A stretch of 64,000 nt of DNA from Gemmatimonadales bacterium (GCA_046757925.1 JBHHZE010000005.1:4239-68238), one strand, 5' to 3'. Positions 26,855 through 37,360 are shown, numbered from the stretch's first letter. The notes: a model not told the origin generated them from the letters alone. Made by a program: numbers and translations.

Positions 26855-27919
26855 ATGTCCATTCCAACGGAACCCATCGGCAGCATACCGCGACCCCAGG
26901 AACTAATCAATGCGATTGACGGACTTGCATCTGGTAGTGTTTCGCAGGCGCAACTGCAGTCACTCTATGACGAGGCGATACGTGATACTATAAGCCGATT
27001 TCAGGACACGGGCTCACCGGTGATCTCCGACGGCGAACAGACGAAACCCAGCTTTGCCACCTACCCGATCCACGGGCTGCAGAATCTGGTGCCGGACGGT
27101 GTGAAGATCCCGTTTGCAGACGGTCACGTGCGACAGCTGCCCAGGTTGACGGCTGGGCCGTTCCGATACGGGGTCTATGCCCATACTTACCTGGAGGAAG
27201 CGAAGCGACACGCGACAGTGCCGGTAAAGCAGGCGGTTATCGCGCCGTCGGCTCTGAGTCTACTATATCCCGATGGCGGTATCGAAGATTATTCGAGATC
27301 CGATTTTCTGGACGATCTAGTGACAGAGACGGAAATCGACATTAGGCGGTGCCTGGAAGGTGGTGCGCATGTAGTTCAAATGGACTTTACGGAGGGAAGG
27401 CTCTCTGTGAAGCTGGATCCGTCTAAGAAGCTGCTCAGTGATTTCATCGAGTTGAACAATCGGGTGCTCGAGCGGTTTACCGCCGAGGAGAGACGAAGGT
27501 TAGGTGTACACACCTGTCCCGGTGCAGATAGGGATTCAACCCACAGTGCCGATGTCGACTACGCCGAGTTGCTACCCAGTCTGTTCGCTCTCAAGGCCGG
27601 CAATTTCTATATCCAAATGGCGAGCGACAGTGACAAGGGGAGGGTACTGTCCATCATCAAGGAGCATTCAAACGACGACCAACGGATCTTTGTGGGGGTC
27701 ATCGACCCGATCGATCCGGTAATAGAGACCCCGGAACAGGTGAGAGACAGGGTACTGGAGGCGGCGCGCTACATAGAACCCGGTCGGCTGGGCACGACGG
27801 ACGACTGTGGTTTCTCTCCGTTTTGCGACGACACGTCGCGGGCGCGGGATACGGCGTTCGCCAAGATCAGCGCCCGTGTTTCGGGTACTGAACTCGCTGC
27901 CCGAGAACTGGGGATCTGA
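26855..27919 (+). CDS. Cobalamin-independent methionine synthase (MetE C-terminal domain)-like protein
   Basis: IGSIPRPQEL at the N-terminus, with the zinc-ligand contexts GVHTCPG and TDDCGFSPF. Confidence 0.8.
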   Translation: MSIPTEPIGSIPRPQELINAIDGLASGSVSQAQLQSLYDEAIRDTISRFQDTGSPVISDGEQTKPSFATYPIHGLQNLVPDGVKIPFADGHVRQLPRLTAGPFRYGVYAHTYLEEAKRHATVPVKQAVIAPSALSLLYPDGGIEDYSRSDFLDDLVTETEIDIRRCLEGGAHVVQMDFTEGRLSVKLDPSKKLLSDFIELNNRVLERFTAEERRRLGVHTCPGADRDSTHSADVDYAELLPSLFALKAGNFYIQMASDSDKGRVLSIIKEHSNDDQRIFVGVIDPIDPVIETPEQVRDRVLEAARYIEPGRLGTTDDCGFSPFCDDTSRARDTAFAKISARVSGTELAARELGI

Positions 27920-28002
27920 TATGGTGTCAGTATTCCCCGGCAGTGACTCGCCAGGCCATCCGACACCGCCACGCTCCTGCTCGGTTCAACTCATGTTGGG
28001 AG

Positions 28003-29610
28003 CTACCGACCACCTGACGCGGGACGCAAAGTTGGATACGTGATACCCAGTTGTTCCAAGTAAGTATCATATTTGTCAGGATCGTAGTAGTACTTCTTCA
28101 GTTCGGGCTTGAAGCGAGCCATGACATCTTTGTTCAACTCAATCGCAGGCTTGTCGTCCGCAGAAATGAAGGGGGTGTACGTCATGTCCTTCGTCTGCAC
28201 GTCCCGGAAGTAGGCCCAAGATTCGTCAATGAGCTTGGGTTTCTTGATTAGATCGAGGGCGGTCATTGCTAGCACCTTCGCCCCCGCGGTGGCCCCCTTG
28301 TGAGCGATCGGCGTCGCCATTGCGATAGCGTTGGACCAATGGTGACCCGGCAGCCCCGGGATGTTCGACGGGAAGCGCAGCGTTACAGTCGGCACTGCCC
28401 ACGAGATATCACCGATGTCGTCCGAGCCCCCGCTTCTGCGAGTACCGGTAGGCTTACCTATTTCGTCCAGTTCGGTTGCGAGTCCGCGCTCTTCGCTACC
28501 CATGACTTTCTGCACCGCCTTTGCCAGTTCCTGGTCCTGGTCACTCCATGTAGGCAGCCCCACCTTCTTGATATGTTTGTACATCGCCTCTGCGATCACC
28601 TTATTGAAGTGTCGCGGCCACGCAGAACCGAGGATGCGGTAGCTCATTTCGGTATCGGTCATCATCGCGGCCGCCTGCGCCATCTTTATCCCGATCTCGA
28701 AGTTTTTCTTGATATCGGGATAGTCCATCTCTCGGAAGTAGTACCAGACCGATGCCGCTTGGGGCACCACGTTCGGCTGGTCTCCGCCGTCGGGAATCAC
28801 GTAGTGAGAGCGCTGAACGGGTCGCAGGTGCTCACGCCGGAAGTTCCAACCCACGTCCATCAGTTCGACCGCGTCCAGCGCGCTGCGGCCCCGCCACGGA
28901 GCACCTGCACCGTGTGCGGCCTCACCCTTGAAACTGAATAACGCCGAGACGAGACCTGTACCGTTAGCGGGGCCGTAGGACACACCTAGGTTGTTCCCAA
29001 CGTGCGTGAACAACACGGCATCCACTCCCTTGAAATATCCATCGCGTACGAAGTACGCCTTGGTGGCGACGAGTTCCTCTGCCACTCCCGGCCATAGCAT
29101 GAGAGTTCCCGAGAGGTGCTCGCGCTCCATGATCTTCTTCAGGGCCAGCGCTGCTGTAACGTTCACAGCCTGTCCCGAGTTGTGGCCCTCGCCGTGACCA
29201 GGTGCGCCTTCAACCAGTGGATCGTGATACGCCACGCCTGGTTTCTGGTTCGCCTTGGGGATACCATCGATATCACTACCGAACGCGATGACCGGTTTGC
29301 CCGATCCCCACTTGGCGATCCACGCGGTTGGTATTCCGGAGATTCCCTTCTCGATCTGGAACCCGTTCTCTTTGAGAACGGAAGTTATGTAGCGCGAAGT
29401 CTCGAATTCCTGGAATCCCAATTCTGAGAAGCTGAATATCTTGTCGACCATGACCTGTGTCAGCTTGGCCATGGCATCGACCTCGGCACGGATGTCTGCC
29501 ATTGCCGGACCGGCCGTTGGGTGCACCTGGTTCGGGGCCGACGGGCCTTGGGCGAATGCGAAGCTTGGCAATGCGATCGCAAAGTTCAGGAATAGGCTGG
29601 TGATTCTCAT
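28003..29610 (-). CDS. Secreted M20-family amidohydrolase (AbgB-like), paralog of 21713..23173
   Basis: Track ORF trimmed to ATG 29610, giving signal peptide MRITSLFLNFAIALPSFAFAQ. Motifs are FGSDIDGIP, GHGEGHNSG and WPGVAEE. Confidence 0.87.
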   Translation of the reverse strand: MRITSLFLNFAIALPSFAFAQGPSAPNQVHPTAGPAMADIRAEVDAMAKLTQVMVDKIFSFSELGFQEFETSRYITSVLKENGFQIEKGISGIPTAWIAKWGSGKPVIAFGSDIDGIPKANQKPGVAYHDPLVEGAPGHGEGHNSGQAVNVTAALALKKIMEREHLSGTLMLWPGVAEELVATKAYFVRDGYFKGVDAVLFTHVGNNLGVSYGPANGTGLVSALFSFKGEAAHGAGAPWRGRSALDAVELMDVGWNFRREHLRPVQRSHYVIPDGGDQPNVVPQAASVWYYFREMDYPDIKKNFEIGIKMAQAAAMMTDTEMSYRILGSAWPRHFNKVIAEAMYKHIKKVGLPTWSDQDQELAKAVQKVMGSEERGLATELDEIGKPTGTRRSGGSDDIGDISWAVPTVTLRFPSNIPGLPGHHWSNAIAMATPIAHKGATAGAKVLAMTALDLIKKPKLIDESWAYFRDVQTKDMTYTPFISADDKPAIELNKDVMARFKPELKKYYYDPDKYDTYLEQLGITYPTLRPASGGR

Positions 29611-29853
29611 GGTACTCTCGGTCTTGGGTGAAATGTGACGAAGGGATATGCACCCAATCGCCCGATTCTGCAAGATCTCGTTCCAGGGATGTCGTCGTGG
29701 TTTGGGGGCACTGCCCGGGTTGGGGAGGGGTTCAATGTTCCCATGGCGTTACGTCAACAGCCTGCCGGAGTACGTAGCAGCCTGGTACCTTCCGTGCGTT
29801 CCTACGCGGCGATAACAACTTGAAACGGGGCTGGTTACGGCCCCAAGGGGTTG

Positions 29854-30828
29854 ATGCGAAAGGTGATGAAGGCGCTTTGGTTAGAGGACGGCCGGATCGC
29901 GTTGAATGATGTGCCGCTGCCCACACCTGCCGCAGGAGAGGTGCTGGTGCGCGTTCTGCGAGCCGGTATCTGCAACACCGATCTGGAACTGATCCGTGGA
30001 TACTATCCGTTCAAGGGAATCCTGGGTCATGAATTCGTGGGGCTGGTGGAGGACGGACCCCAAACTCTCGTGGGCGAGCGTGTTGTAGGGGAAATCAACG
30101 CTGTTTGCGGCAACTGCAGAGCTTGCCGCGCGGAGATGAAGACGCACTGTGCGAACCGTACGGTGTTGGGCATAGACGGTCGGCACGGAGCATTCGCGGA
30201 GTACTTGACGCTGCCGGTGGAGAACCTGCACGTCGTGCCCAACAGTGTGTCCACGGACGCGGCGACGTTCACCGAACCTCTAGCGGCGGCCCTAGAGATT
30301 CAGCAACAAATCGAGATCATTCCTGGAAGTCGTGTGCTCGTGGTCGGTGAGGGAAAGTTGGGGCAGTTGATAGCTCAGACGATTGCCTTGACAGACTGCA
30401 ACCTCGTTGTGGTTGGACGTCATACCGGAAAACTCAAACTCCTGGCAGATCGAGGCATCGAGACTTGTCTGGAGCGTGCTGTCGATGTCGGTGGATTCGA
30501 TGTAGTTGTTGAATGTACAGGAAGAGCCGGCGGATTCGCGCTGGCGCTCTCATCACTCAGGCCGAGAGGAACGCTAGTGATGAAGAGTACGTACGCGGGA
30601 GAACTCACGATGGATGCATCGCGCGTTGTTGTCAACGAAATCACGCTAATGGGATCCCGTTGTGGACCATTCGAGCCGGCACTCGATCTCCTGGCGCATA
30701 GAAAAATAGATGTCGAGCCATTGATTCATGCCCGCTATCAGCTGGTAGATATTGTTGGAGCGTTCGAGCGAGCCGGCGCTCCAGGAGTCCTCAAGGTACT
30801 TGTGCGAATCGGCGAACTCGACTCTTGA
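29854..30828 (+). CDS. Zinc-dependent alcohol / threonine dehydrogenase-family oxidoreductase
   Basis: AGICNTDLE, GHEFVG, the structural-zinc motif CGNCRACRAEMKTHC and VVGEGKLG (Rossmann fold). ATG 29854 has AAGGGG upstream; ATG 29866 is an alternative start. Confidence 0.9.
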   Translation: MRKVMKALWLEDGRIALNDVPLPTPAAGEVLVRVLRAGICNTDLELIRGYYPFKGILGHEFVGLVEDGPQTLVGERVVGEINAVCGNCRACRAEMKTHCANRTVLGIDGRHGAFAEYLTLPVENLHVVPNSVSTDAATFTEPLAAALEIQQQIEIIPGSRVLVVGEGKLGQLIAQTIALTDCNLVVVGRHTGKLKLLADRGIETCLERAVDVGGFDVVVECTGRAGGFALALSSLRPRGTLVMKSTYAGELTMDASRVVVNEITLMGSRCGPFEPALDLLAHRKIDVEPLIHARYQLVDIVGAFERAGAPGVLKVLVRIGELDS

Positions 30829-31544
30829 GCCCGGCCGAATTCTTGTTAGCCACAGTGGTGGTTGTGGTGGGGACTTCCTTGCAAGGGGCGGTGGGATTTG
30901 GTCTGGGTCTAGTGGGTTCACCCTTTCTCTTGCTGATCGACGCACGATTAGTGCCAGGTCCCTTGCTGTTCGCTTCACTCGTCCTCACCCTGCTGCTTAC
31001 GCACCGCGAACGACGCGAGATCGTATTCTCAGATCTCAAGTGGTGCTTGTCTGGAAGAGTTGTGGGCGTAGCTTGTGGCGCGGGTGCGTTGGCGGTGGTT
31101 TCCGCGAGATCGATGGCGGTCGCCTTTGGCATTCTGGTGATTGTCTCGGTGTGGATCAGCGCGTCTGGCCTCAAGGTCGCACTCGGAAGGAAGACGCTGC
31201 TTGCAGCCGGAGTCGTTTCCGGCTTTACAGCAACCACCGTGTCGATCGGTGGGCCGCCAATCGCACTCCTCTATCAGCATCAGCCCGGCCCTCGTGTCAG
31301 GGGAACCCTGTCCGCGTACTTCGTAGTTGGTGCGGCTCTGTCGTTGGTCGCCCTGCATCTTGTGGGACGGTTCGGGAATGCGGAGATGGTGAGGGCCCTC
31401 TCGCTCCTACCGGGCGTGCTCATCGGTCTCCGGCTGTCGCGTCGAGTTGCGCGATACTTGGATGGGGGACACACGCGTAAAGTGGTGTTGGCTGTTTCTG
31501 CGGTGGCCGGCATCGTGGTCATTCTGAAACAAGTCTTGCGATGA
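30825..31544 (+). CDS. TauE/SafE-family anion exporter membrane protein
   Basis: TTGA overlap with the upstream stop. Starts LQGAVGFGLGLVGSPFLLL, has about 7-8 hydrophobic helices, and repeats GGPPIALLY in the second half. Confidence 0.8.
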   Translation: MSPAEFLLATVVVVVGTSLQGAVGFGLGLVGSPFLLLIDARLVPGPLLFASLVLTLLLTHRERREIVFSDLKWCLSGRVVGVACGAGALAVVSARSMAVAFGILVIVSVWISASGLKVALGRKTLLAAGVVSGFTATTVSIGGPPIALLYQHQPGPRVRGTLSAYFVVGAALSLVALHLVGRFGNAEMVRALSLLPGVLIGLRLSRRVARYLDGGHTRKVVLAVSAVAGIVVILKQVLR

Positions 31545-31676
31545 TCATGGTTTGAGATCGTATCGTGCAACCCTTGGGGCTGGACGTGCATCTGTAGATT
31601 GGGAGGAAGGACTAGGTGTGGGACTGAGAGTCCCGCACTGGCGTTTCCCATGACTCGATTACTCAAGGACATGGTA

Positions 31677-32861
31677 ATGGCTCGATCGATGTGGAAAGCG
31701 GGGAGCTGGGTGGTGGCTACCGCCCTGGTCGTGAACGGGGGTTCACTGGTTGCCCAGGTCTCACAAGAGGAGATAGTGAAGTTGGATGCGAGGTTCCCAC
31801 AGTCTTTCAGCTTCATACGAAACGTCAGGGAGTTGTCGGATGGCCGGGTGCTGATCGCGGATCCACTCGAGCAGGTGTTGCTGGCTTTGGACATGAAAGC
31901 GGGAACTGCGGACACGGTTGGCCATGTGGGCGCCGGCCCGGAGGAGTACAAGCAGCCCGACGCCGTGTTCGCTCTTCCAGGAGACTCGACGCTGTTGGTG
32001 GATCTGGGAAACGGGCGCCTCACCTACCTGGGGCCGAAGCTGGAGTTCGGTGAGACCATGCCGATCGCAGCTGGTTCTCCGATACCCGGGCGCGGCGGTC
32101 TGCGTGTGATCATTCCCCGCGGTGTCGACGGCATGGGGAGGGTCTATTTCCAGCCGCTGGGAGTAGCCATCAACCGGGCGCAGCCGCCCGACTCTGCCCC
32201 GATTGCCAGGTGGAACCGTGCGAGCGGTGCCATCGATACCTTGGCGCTGGTGGGGCTGGAAAAGCGCAAGACGACGACATCCGGTGGTGCAAACAACCGT
32301 GCCGTCAGAAGCCGCTCAGTGCCCTTGAGTCCGGTGGATGCGTGGGCAGTGGCTCCCGATGGGCGGATCGCCATAGCCCGGTCGGGCGACTATCACGTGG
32401 AGTGGGTCGCAACCGATGGCAAAGTACTCAGAGGCCCCCCGGTGGGCTACACACCGGTCAAGGTCCGCAAGGCGGACGAGGAAGAATGGCTGGATCGGCA
32501 AAGCAACGGCCTGAGCATGACCGTGGAAGTCAACAACGGTCAAGCCAGTATGGCCTTTGGCCGCGGTCGTGGAGGTAGGCCGGAACTCGACAGTTACGAA
32601 TGGCCCAATACCAAGCCGGCATTTGTTGCCAACGGTGTGTGGGTAGCGCCGAACGGCGAAATGTGGGTCGAGCGCCACGTGCCCGCCGGATCCCCTCGTA
32701 CGTTCGACGTGTTTGGGGCGGATGCCACCCGAAAGAAACAGGTTGTGCTGCCCAAGGCCAGGCGACTGGTAGGGTTCGGCGCCAAGGGTGCCGTATACTT
32801 GATCGAGGTAGACGAGTTCGGCCTACAGACGTTGGAGCGGTACTACAGGGGCGAAACCTAG
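31677..32861 (+). CDS. Secreted hypothetical protein, probably beta-propeller
   Basis: ATG 31677 has AAGGA 8 nt upstream; ATG 31650 is an alternative start. Signal peptide MARSMWKAGSWVVATALVVNGGSLVAQ. Motifs SDGRVLIADP, GDSTLLVDLGNGRL and APDGRIAIARSGDYHVEW. Confidence 0.7.
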   Translation: MARSMWKAGSWVVATALVVNGGSLVAQVSQEEIVKLDARFPQSFSFIRNVRELSDGRVLIADPLEQVLLALDMKAGTADTVGHVGAGPEEYKQPDAVFALPGDSTLLVDLGNGRLTYLGPKLEFGETMPIAAGSPIPGRGGLRVIIPRGVDGMGRVYFQPLGVAINRAQPPDSAPIARWNRASGAIDTLALVGLEKRKTTTSGGANNRAVRSRSVPLSPVDAWAVAPDGRIAIARSGDYHVEWVATDGKVLRGPPVGYTPVKVRKADEEEWLDRQSNGLSMTVEVNNGQASMAFGRGRGGRPELDSYEWPNTKPAFVANGVWVAPNGEMWVERHVPAGSPRTFDVFGADATRKKQVVLPKARRLVGFGAKGAVYLIEVDEFGLQTLERYYRGET

Positions 32862-32867
32862 AAAGAG

Positions 32868-34034
32868 CTACATGATGTGACCGTCCAGTTCCTCGATCGT
32901 TTTGGTCGAGGGCGGCCGCTCCCGCCTGAGCTTGCGCGCAACCCGCTCCGCTTCGCGCATGACTCTCAGCACGTTCTCGCCGGCCAATTTGCGCATGTCC
33001 CCATCGCTCCACCCGCGACGTGAGAGTTCGGCGAACAGTACGGGGAAGGTCGACACGTCCTCCAACCCAACCGGCGTTGACGAGATGCCATCGAAGTCGC
33101 TGCCGATGCCAACATGGTCGATGCCTGCAACGTCGCGCACGTGCTCGATATGATCGGCTACGTCCGAGACAGTGGCAGTGTCGTTGTCGGTGACGAAACG
33201 GGGTACGAATGTGACCATGACAACGCCGCCGTTTTGGGGCAACCGTGCGAGGATGGAGTCCGGGACGTTGCGGGGGACGTCAGTCAGTGCTCGCGCCGAT
33301 GAATGTGAAAAGATCACAGGTGCCTCGGCTACGTTGAGCGCGTCGCTCATCGTGCCGGGCGAGACGTGCGATAGATCGACCAGCATCCCGAGCCGGTTCA
33401 TCTCCCGCACGACCTCCTCGCCGAACCTCGTCAGGCCGCCGTGCTTGACACTGTCGGTGGCCGAATCGGCCCAGTCGATCGTTTTCCCGTGGGTGAGCGT
33501 CATGTAGCGGACGCCGAGGTCGTAGTATGCCCTGAGCACACCGAGCGAATTTTCGATGGCGTGGCCGCCCTCGACGCCGAGCATCGAGGCGATTCTGCCG
33601 TCTGCAAAAATACGCTCCACGTCGGATGCGTCGGCCGCCAATGTCAGGGTCCCGCTATACTTGGCGATCACCTGTCGCGCGATATCGATCTGCTCGAGTT
33701 GGACCCGCGCGAATCCCGAGTCGGCGTAATCCGACGGTATGTAGACCGACCAGAATTGTGCACCCACCATTCCACGCCGGAGTCTGTCAATATCCGTGTG
33801 CCCGGAAGTCGAATGCGCGATGTCGTAAGCCGGCACACTGTGCGGTGCGTCTTCGAACTCCCTGATCGCCCAGGCAAGATCGTTGTGTCCGTCGATGAGA
33901 GGAGTCTCCGCGAGGATGTGCCGGGCCTGGTCCAGGTGCTCGTCGCCGGATTGCGCCGCAAGTGGAAATGGGGCTACGAGGAGAAGGAGTGAGTATGCAA
34001 CGATTGACTTCATGGGATTGCAGGGCCCTTTCAT
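32868..34034 (-). CDS. Membrane dipeptidase (peptidase M19), canonical metal site
   Basis: IDGHNDLAWAI, LGVEGGHAIE, MTLTHGKT, VDLSHVS and IFSHSSA. ATGA overlap with the upstream regulator gene. Confidence 0.92.
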   Translation of the reverse strand: MKGPCNPMKSIVAYSLLLLVAPFPLAAQSGDEHLDQARHILAETPLIDGHNDLAWAIREFEDAPHSVPAYDIAHSTSGHTDIDRLRRGMVGAQFWSVYIPSDYADSGFARVQLEQIDIARQVIAKYSGTLTLAADASDVERIFADGRIASMLGVEGGHAIENSLGVLRAYYDLGVRYMTLTHGKTIDWADSATDSVKHGGLTRFGEEVVREMNRLGMLVDLSHVSPGTMSDALNVAEAPVIFSHSSARALTDVPRNVPDSILARLPQNGGVVMVTFVPRFVTDNDTATVSDVADHIEHVRDVAGIDHVGIGSDFDGISSTPVGLEDVSTFPVLFAELSRRGWSDGDMRKLAGENVLRVMREAERVARKLRRERPPSTKTIEELDGHIM

Positions 34035-34789
34035 ACCTGTCCGGCCGCGTCTTCCAGCGCCTGACGGTTTAGAATTGTTATGGTTCTGCGCGACACCTCT
34101 ACCACTTCCGAGTCCAGTCTCCCCGAGAGGCCGTGCGTGGGTGTGTCCCGCCGGTCGCTGATCCTGATCGTCTTGCGGCCCGTCTGTATGATACCCTTGC
34201 TCGTTAGATCGCGCATGGTGCGGGACACCGTCTCCCTACTCGAACCTATCATCTGGGCTATCATGTGGTGTGTGAGTCGCTGCGTAATGTTTTCTCCGTC
34301 ATTCTCATCCGCCAGCTGCAATAGTAGTCCGGCCACACGGCTCGGTACATCTTGCAGTACCAGACTGCTGATCTTGTTGTCGGCCTGTCTCAACCGCTTG
34401 CACAAAGCACGCAACAGTCCGGCGGCAATCTGCGGGATTTCTTGGAGACACATCTTGAAGTCTTCTCGCCGCAGGATCATGATCTCCGAGTCCTCCACGG
34501 CGATGACATGTGCCGAACGAGGCTCATCGTCGATCAATGACATTTCACCGAAGAAGTCACCCTTGCTGCGGATCGAGAGTATCACTTCACGGCCGTCCTC
34601 AGCAGTTATGACCACTTTTACCTGACCCCTCTCGACTATATAAAGCGCGGCCCCCGGATCGTCTTGAAATAGGATGACGCTGTTCTTGGGGAAACTCCGC
34701 TGCTGTACCGCCTGACTGAGGCGTGCCAAATCGCTCTCACGCAGCTGTGAGAACAGTGGGATAGTGCTGAGGGTGGCGGCCACCGGCAT
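34031..34789 (-). CDS. Crp/Fnr-family transcriptional regulator (cNMP-binding domain plus HTH)
   Basis: Track ORF trimmed to ATG 34789. IPLFSQLRESDLARL, GDFFGEMSLIDDEPRSA and the HTH segment THHMIAQMIGSSRETVSRTMRDL. Confidence 0.88.
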   Translation of the reverse strand: MPVAATLSTIPLFSQLRESDLARLSQAVQQRSFPKNSVILFQDDPGAALYIVERGQVKVVITAEDGREVILSIRSKGDFFGEMSLIDDEPRSAHVIAVEDSEIMILRREDFKMCLQEIPQIAAGLLRALCKRLRQADNKISSLVLQDVPSRVAGLLLQLADENDGENITQRLTHHMIAQMIGSSRETVSRTMRDLTSKGIIQTGRKTIRISDRRDTPTHGLSGRLDSEVVEVSRRTITILNRQALEDAAGQV

Positions 34790-34899
34790 GGCGTATCTCG
34801 CTCTGTGGAGTGGAGCTATTTGAGATCCTAGATTAGCTGGGGACGCCGCCCCCGTCAATCAGAGAAGGCCTGCTTTACGTGGTTGCCCCACGAGGATAG

Positions 34900-35496
34900 C
34901 TACGCATCATCCGGGTCGAGTTCGCAGACACCGGCTGCCAGGTCGCTCTTGTAGCGCCTACGGAGTTGCCGTCTGAGCTTTGCCTCGCAATTCCACGTGC
35001 GATCCTCGGCGGTCTCCAGACGAAGTTGGGGGACCTGTGTGGGACGACCGTCGTCGCCAATGGCTACCATGGACAAGAAGCAGCGATTGGTGCGTCGGCC
35101 CGAACCAGGATGCCGCGGGTCCTCGGCGATCATGCTGATTCCCACTTCCATAGAAGTGTTGCCCGCCAAGATGACCGATGCCTTGAGTCGCACCACATCT
35201 CCCACGCGGACCGGCGCCAAGAACTCCACACTGTCAACGCTGACAGTCACGCAGTAGGACTCCGCAAAGCGTGACGCACAGGTGTAGGCGACCTCGTCCA
35301 TGAGGGCGAGGATCGTGCCGCCGTGCACATTGCCTGCAAAGTTAGCGTGCTGAGGTCGCATGAGTTGCGACATCTCGATCCTGGACTCAACCACCGACTT
35401 GATAGGCCGTGCTTCCACGCCTGGTTCATTGCTGGTAGTCGAGTCTGATTTGTCGGCCACTATGGATCTCTTGATCGTCATGTTATTCATCGCCAT
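34900..35496 (-). CDS. Hotdog-fold acyl-CoA thioesterase (YciA-like)
   Basis: MRPQHANFAGNVHGGTILALMDEVAY and SVDSVEFLAPVRVGDVV. Confidence 0.85.
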   Translation of the reverse strand: MAMNNMTIKRSIVADKSDSTTSNEPGVEARPIKSVVESRIEMSQLMRPQHANFAGNVHGGTILALMDEVAYTCASRFAESYCVTVSVDSVEFLAPVRVGDVVRLKASVILAGNTSMEVGISMIAEDPRHPGSGRRTNRCFLSMVAIGDDGRPTQVPQLRLETAEDRTWNCEAKLRRQLRRRYKSDLAAGVCELDPDDA

Positions 35497-35556
35497 CCCA
35501 GAACCGGAACGTTCTGCACATTGTTCCCAGCGCAGCCACGGCGGGCTACATGTCTA

Positions 35557-37302
35557 TTACGGAACCGACACGGTTGTTCCGGATCGGCGGCCTTCCCTGG
35601 GCGTGATGATTTGTCCGGCCAGCGCAGCGGTCGGTTTTCCGCCGTCGATTACGAACTTGCCTCCCACCATCACGTAATCTACCCCGGCAGCGTATTGATG
35701 TGGCTCGAAGAAGGTGGCACGATCCTCGATCTTGGCCAGGTCCAGAATTGCGATATCGGCGCGAAAGTTCTCGCGAATCATGCCGCGGTCGCGAAATCCC
35801 ATGAACTGTGCTGGCAGCGAGGTTGCGGAACGCACTGCGTTTTCCACCGTGATTGCGCCGCGTTTCTGAGCGTACTCGTGAATCTTGCGGGGAAACGTGC
35901 CGTAGAACCGTGCGTGCACCGGGCCGTCGGTCGGCAACGCCACGCCGGCGTCAGATGCGGTGAGAGTCCACGGTTGCGCGCCCAGCAATTCGACGTCGAT
36001 TTCGGAGAGGGAAAACCCACGTAATCTTGCGCCACCCGGCCGGTTCCTAAAGCCTTCCAACTGCATCTTTATGGCCAGGTCCACGGACGAAATGTCTAAC
36101 TCTGCCGCCACTTGCGCGAGCGATTGTCCTATCCACGATGAATCGGGGTAGTCGAAGACGACAATGTTTTCCGGATCGCCCCGGCGCGTTATTGCGCGGG
36201 CAATGTCCCGCCGTAGATCGACCACGGCCTTGGGATCGTCCAGTATCTTGCGGAGCGCAGCCGCATAATCTCTGGCAGATCGGAGGGTGTCGGCGCCACC
36301 GGGAGTCTGGGCCCAGCGATCTGCATTCAGGGCCCAATCGGGGATCAACATCGTGTTGCCGTCGCTGCCGGTAGTGTTGTACGGATACTGATCGGCCCAA
36401 ACCTCGATGCCACGTGCTCGCGCACGATTCATGAGCTGGATGATGGCGCGGCCCGACCCCCAATAGTCTGCGCCCCTGACCTTGACGTGTGTGGCATCGG
36501 TGGGTACTCCGGTTCGCCGCGCCACCTCGATGACCTCTCGGATATTGTCGAGCATCGTTGGAGGACCGGGCTCGTCGTGGCTCGGTACGTACCACATGGG
36601 ATCCTTACCCGATGCCCGCTCGTGCACGATGTATACTCCCCCGAACGGTTTCACTTCTCGTACGAGCGCCACGACTTCGCCCGTGTCGCTCCATCGTCCC
36701 GGAACGTATTCCAATCCCGCAGACAGACCGTAAGCCCCCGCTTCCATCCCCCGTCGTACAGCTTGCTTCATGCGCTCGATTTCGGCGGGCGTTGCGAGGC
36801 GACGAAAATCGTCGCCCATCGCGTCGTGTCGTATGGTGTTGTGGCCCACCATCAGGACCACGTTGGGCCCAAAGCCCAATGCCTCCAGCCTTGCGCGTTG
36901 GTCGGCTATCGAGCTGGGACTGCCCCCGTCCTGGTTGACGACCACCGTCGTTATTCCCTGACTCACCAAGTTGGGAGCCGCACGCCGCTTTGGATCGGGA
37001 GACCTGAGGCCTGTGTCGTCGCCATCGGGCCCGTCGGCGTGCGAGTGAACGTCGATAAATCCCGGTACGATGACTTTGCCACGAGCGTCGATCGTGCGGG
37101 CCGCATCGGATCCACCGAGGCGTCCTACAGCCACGATCCGCCCATCCCGTATTCCCACATCGGCGTTGAACCACGGATTCCCCGTGCCGTCGATTACGCG
37201 GCCTCCGGTGATCAAGATGTCGAATGGTTGTTGTGCGCCAGCAGCACTCGTGGTGGCAGAGGCGAGCGCGAAGTAGATGGCTATCAGTCTGAGTGTCTTC
37301 AT
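35557..37302 (-). CDS. Secreted D-aminoacylase (N-acyl-D-amino-acid deacylase) family amidohydrolase
   Basis: Track ORF trimmed to ATG 37302, giving MKTLRLIAIYFALASATTSAAGAQ. Then FDILITGGRVIDGTGNPWFNADVGIRDGRIVAVG and VPGFIDVHSHAD. Confidence 0.88.
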   Translation of the reverse strand: MKTLRLIAIYFALASATTSAAGAQQPFDILITGGRVIDGTGNPWFNADVGIRDGRIVAVGRLGGSDAARTIDARGKVIVPGFIDVHSHADGPDGDDTGLRSPDPKRRAAPNLVSQGITTVVVNQDGGSPSSIADQRARLEALGFGPNVVLMVGHNTIRHDAMGDDFRRLATPAEIERMKQAVRRGMEAGAYGLSAGLEYVPGRWSDTGEVVALVREVKPFGGVYIVHERASGKDPMWYVPSHDEPGPPTMLDNIREVIEVARRTGVPTDATHVKVRGADYWGSGRAIIQLMNRARARGIEVWADQYPYNTTGSDGNTMLIPDWALNADRWAQTPGGADTLRSARDYAAALRKILDDPKAVVDLRRDIARAITRRGDPENIVVFDYPDSSWIGQSLAQVAAELDISSVDLAIKMQLEGFRNRPGGARLRGFSLSEIDVELLGAQPWTLTASDAGVALPTDGPVHARFYGTFPRKIHEYAQKRGAITVENAVRSATSLPAQFMGFRDRGMIRENFRADIAILDLAKIEDRATFFEPHQYAAGVDYVMVGGKFVIDGGKPTAALAGQIITPREGRRSGTTVSVP

Positions 37303-37306
37303 GATG

Positions 37307-37341
37307 AGTAGGGAGTAGGGAGTAGGGAGTGGTGAGTGGCG
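37307..37341. repeat. Tandem 7-bp repeat AGTAGGG x3, followed by AGTGGTG and AGTGGCG
   Basis: Read directly from the sequence. On the coding (minus) strand it is CCCTACT x3, ending 4 nt upstream of ATG 37302, and there is no purine-rich Shine-Dalgarno sequence. Confidence 0.9.
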
Positions 37342-37360
37342 TTCACCTTCTGCATGATAG

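Noticed and set aside
34031-34200. Apparent internal duplication in the Crp/Fnr C-terminus (GRKTIRISDRR ... SRRTITILNRQ)
   Set aside because: The two segments are not similar at the nucleotide level and the similarity is only 4-5 residues. It is more likely a lineage-specific insertion than a recent duplication.
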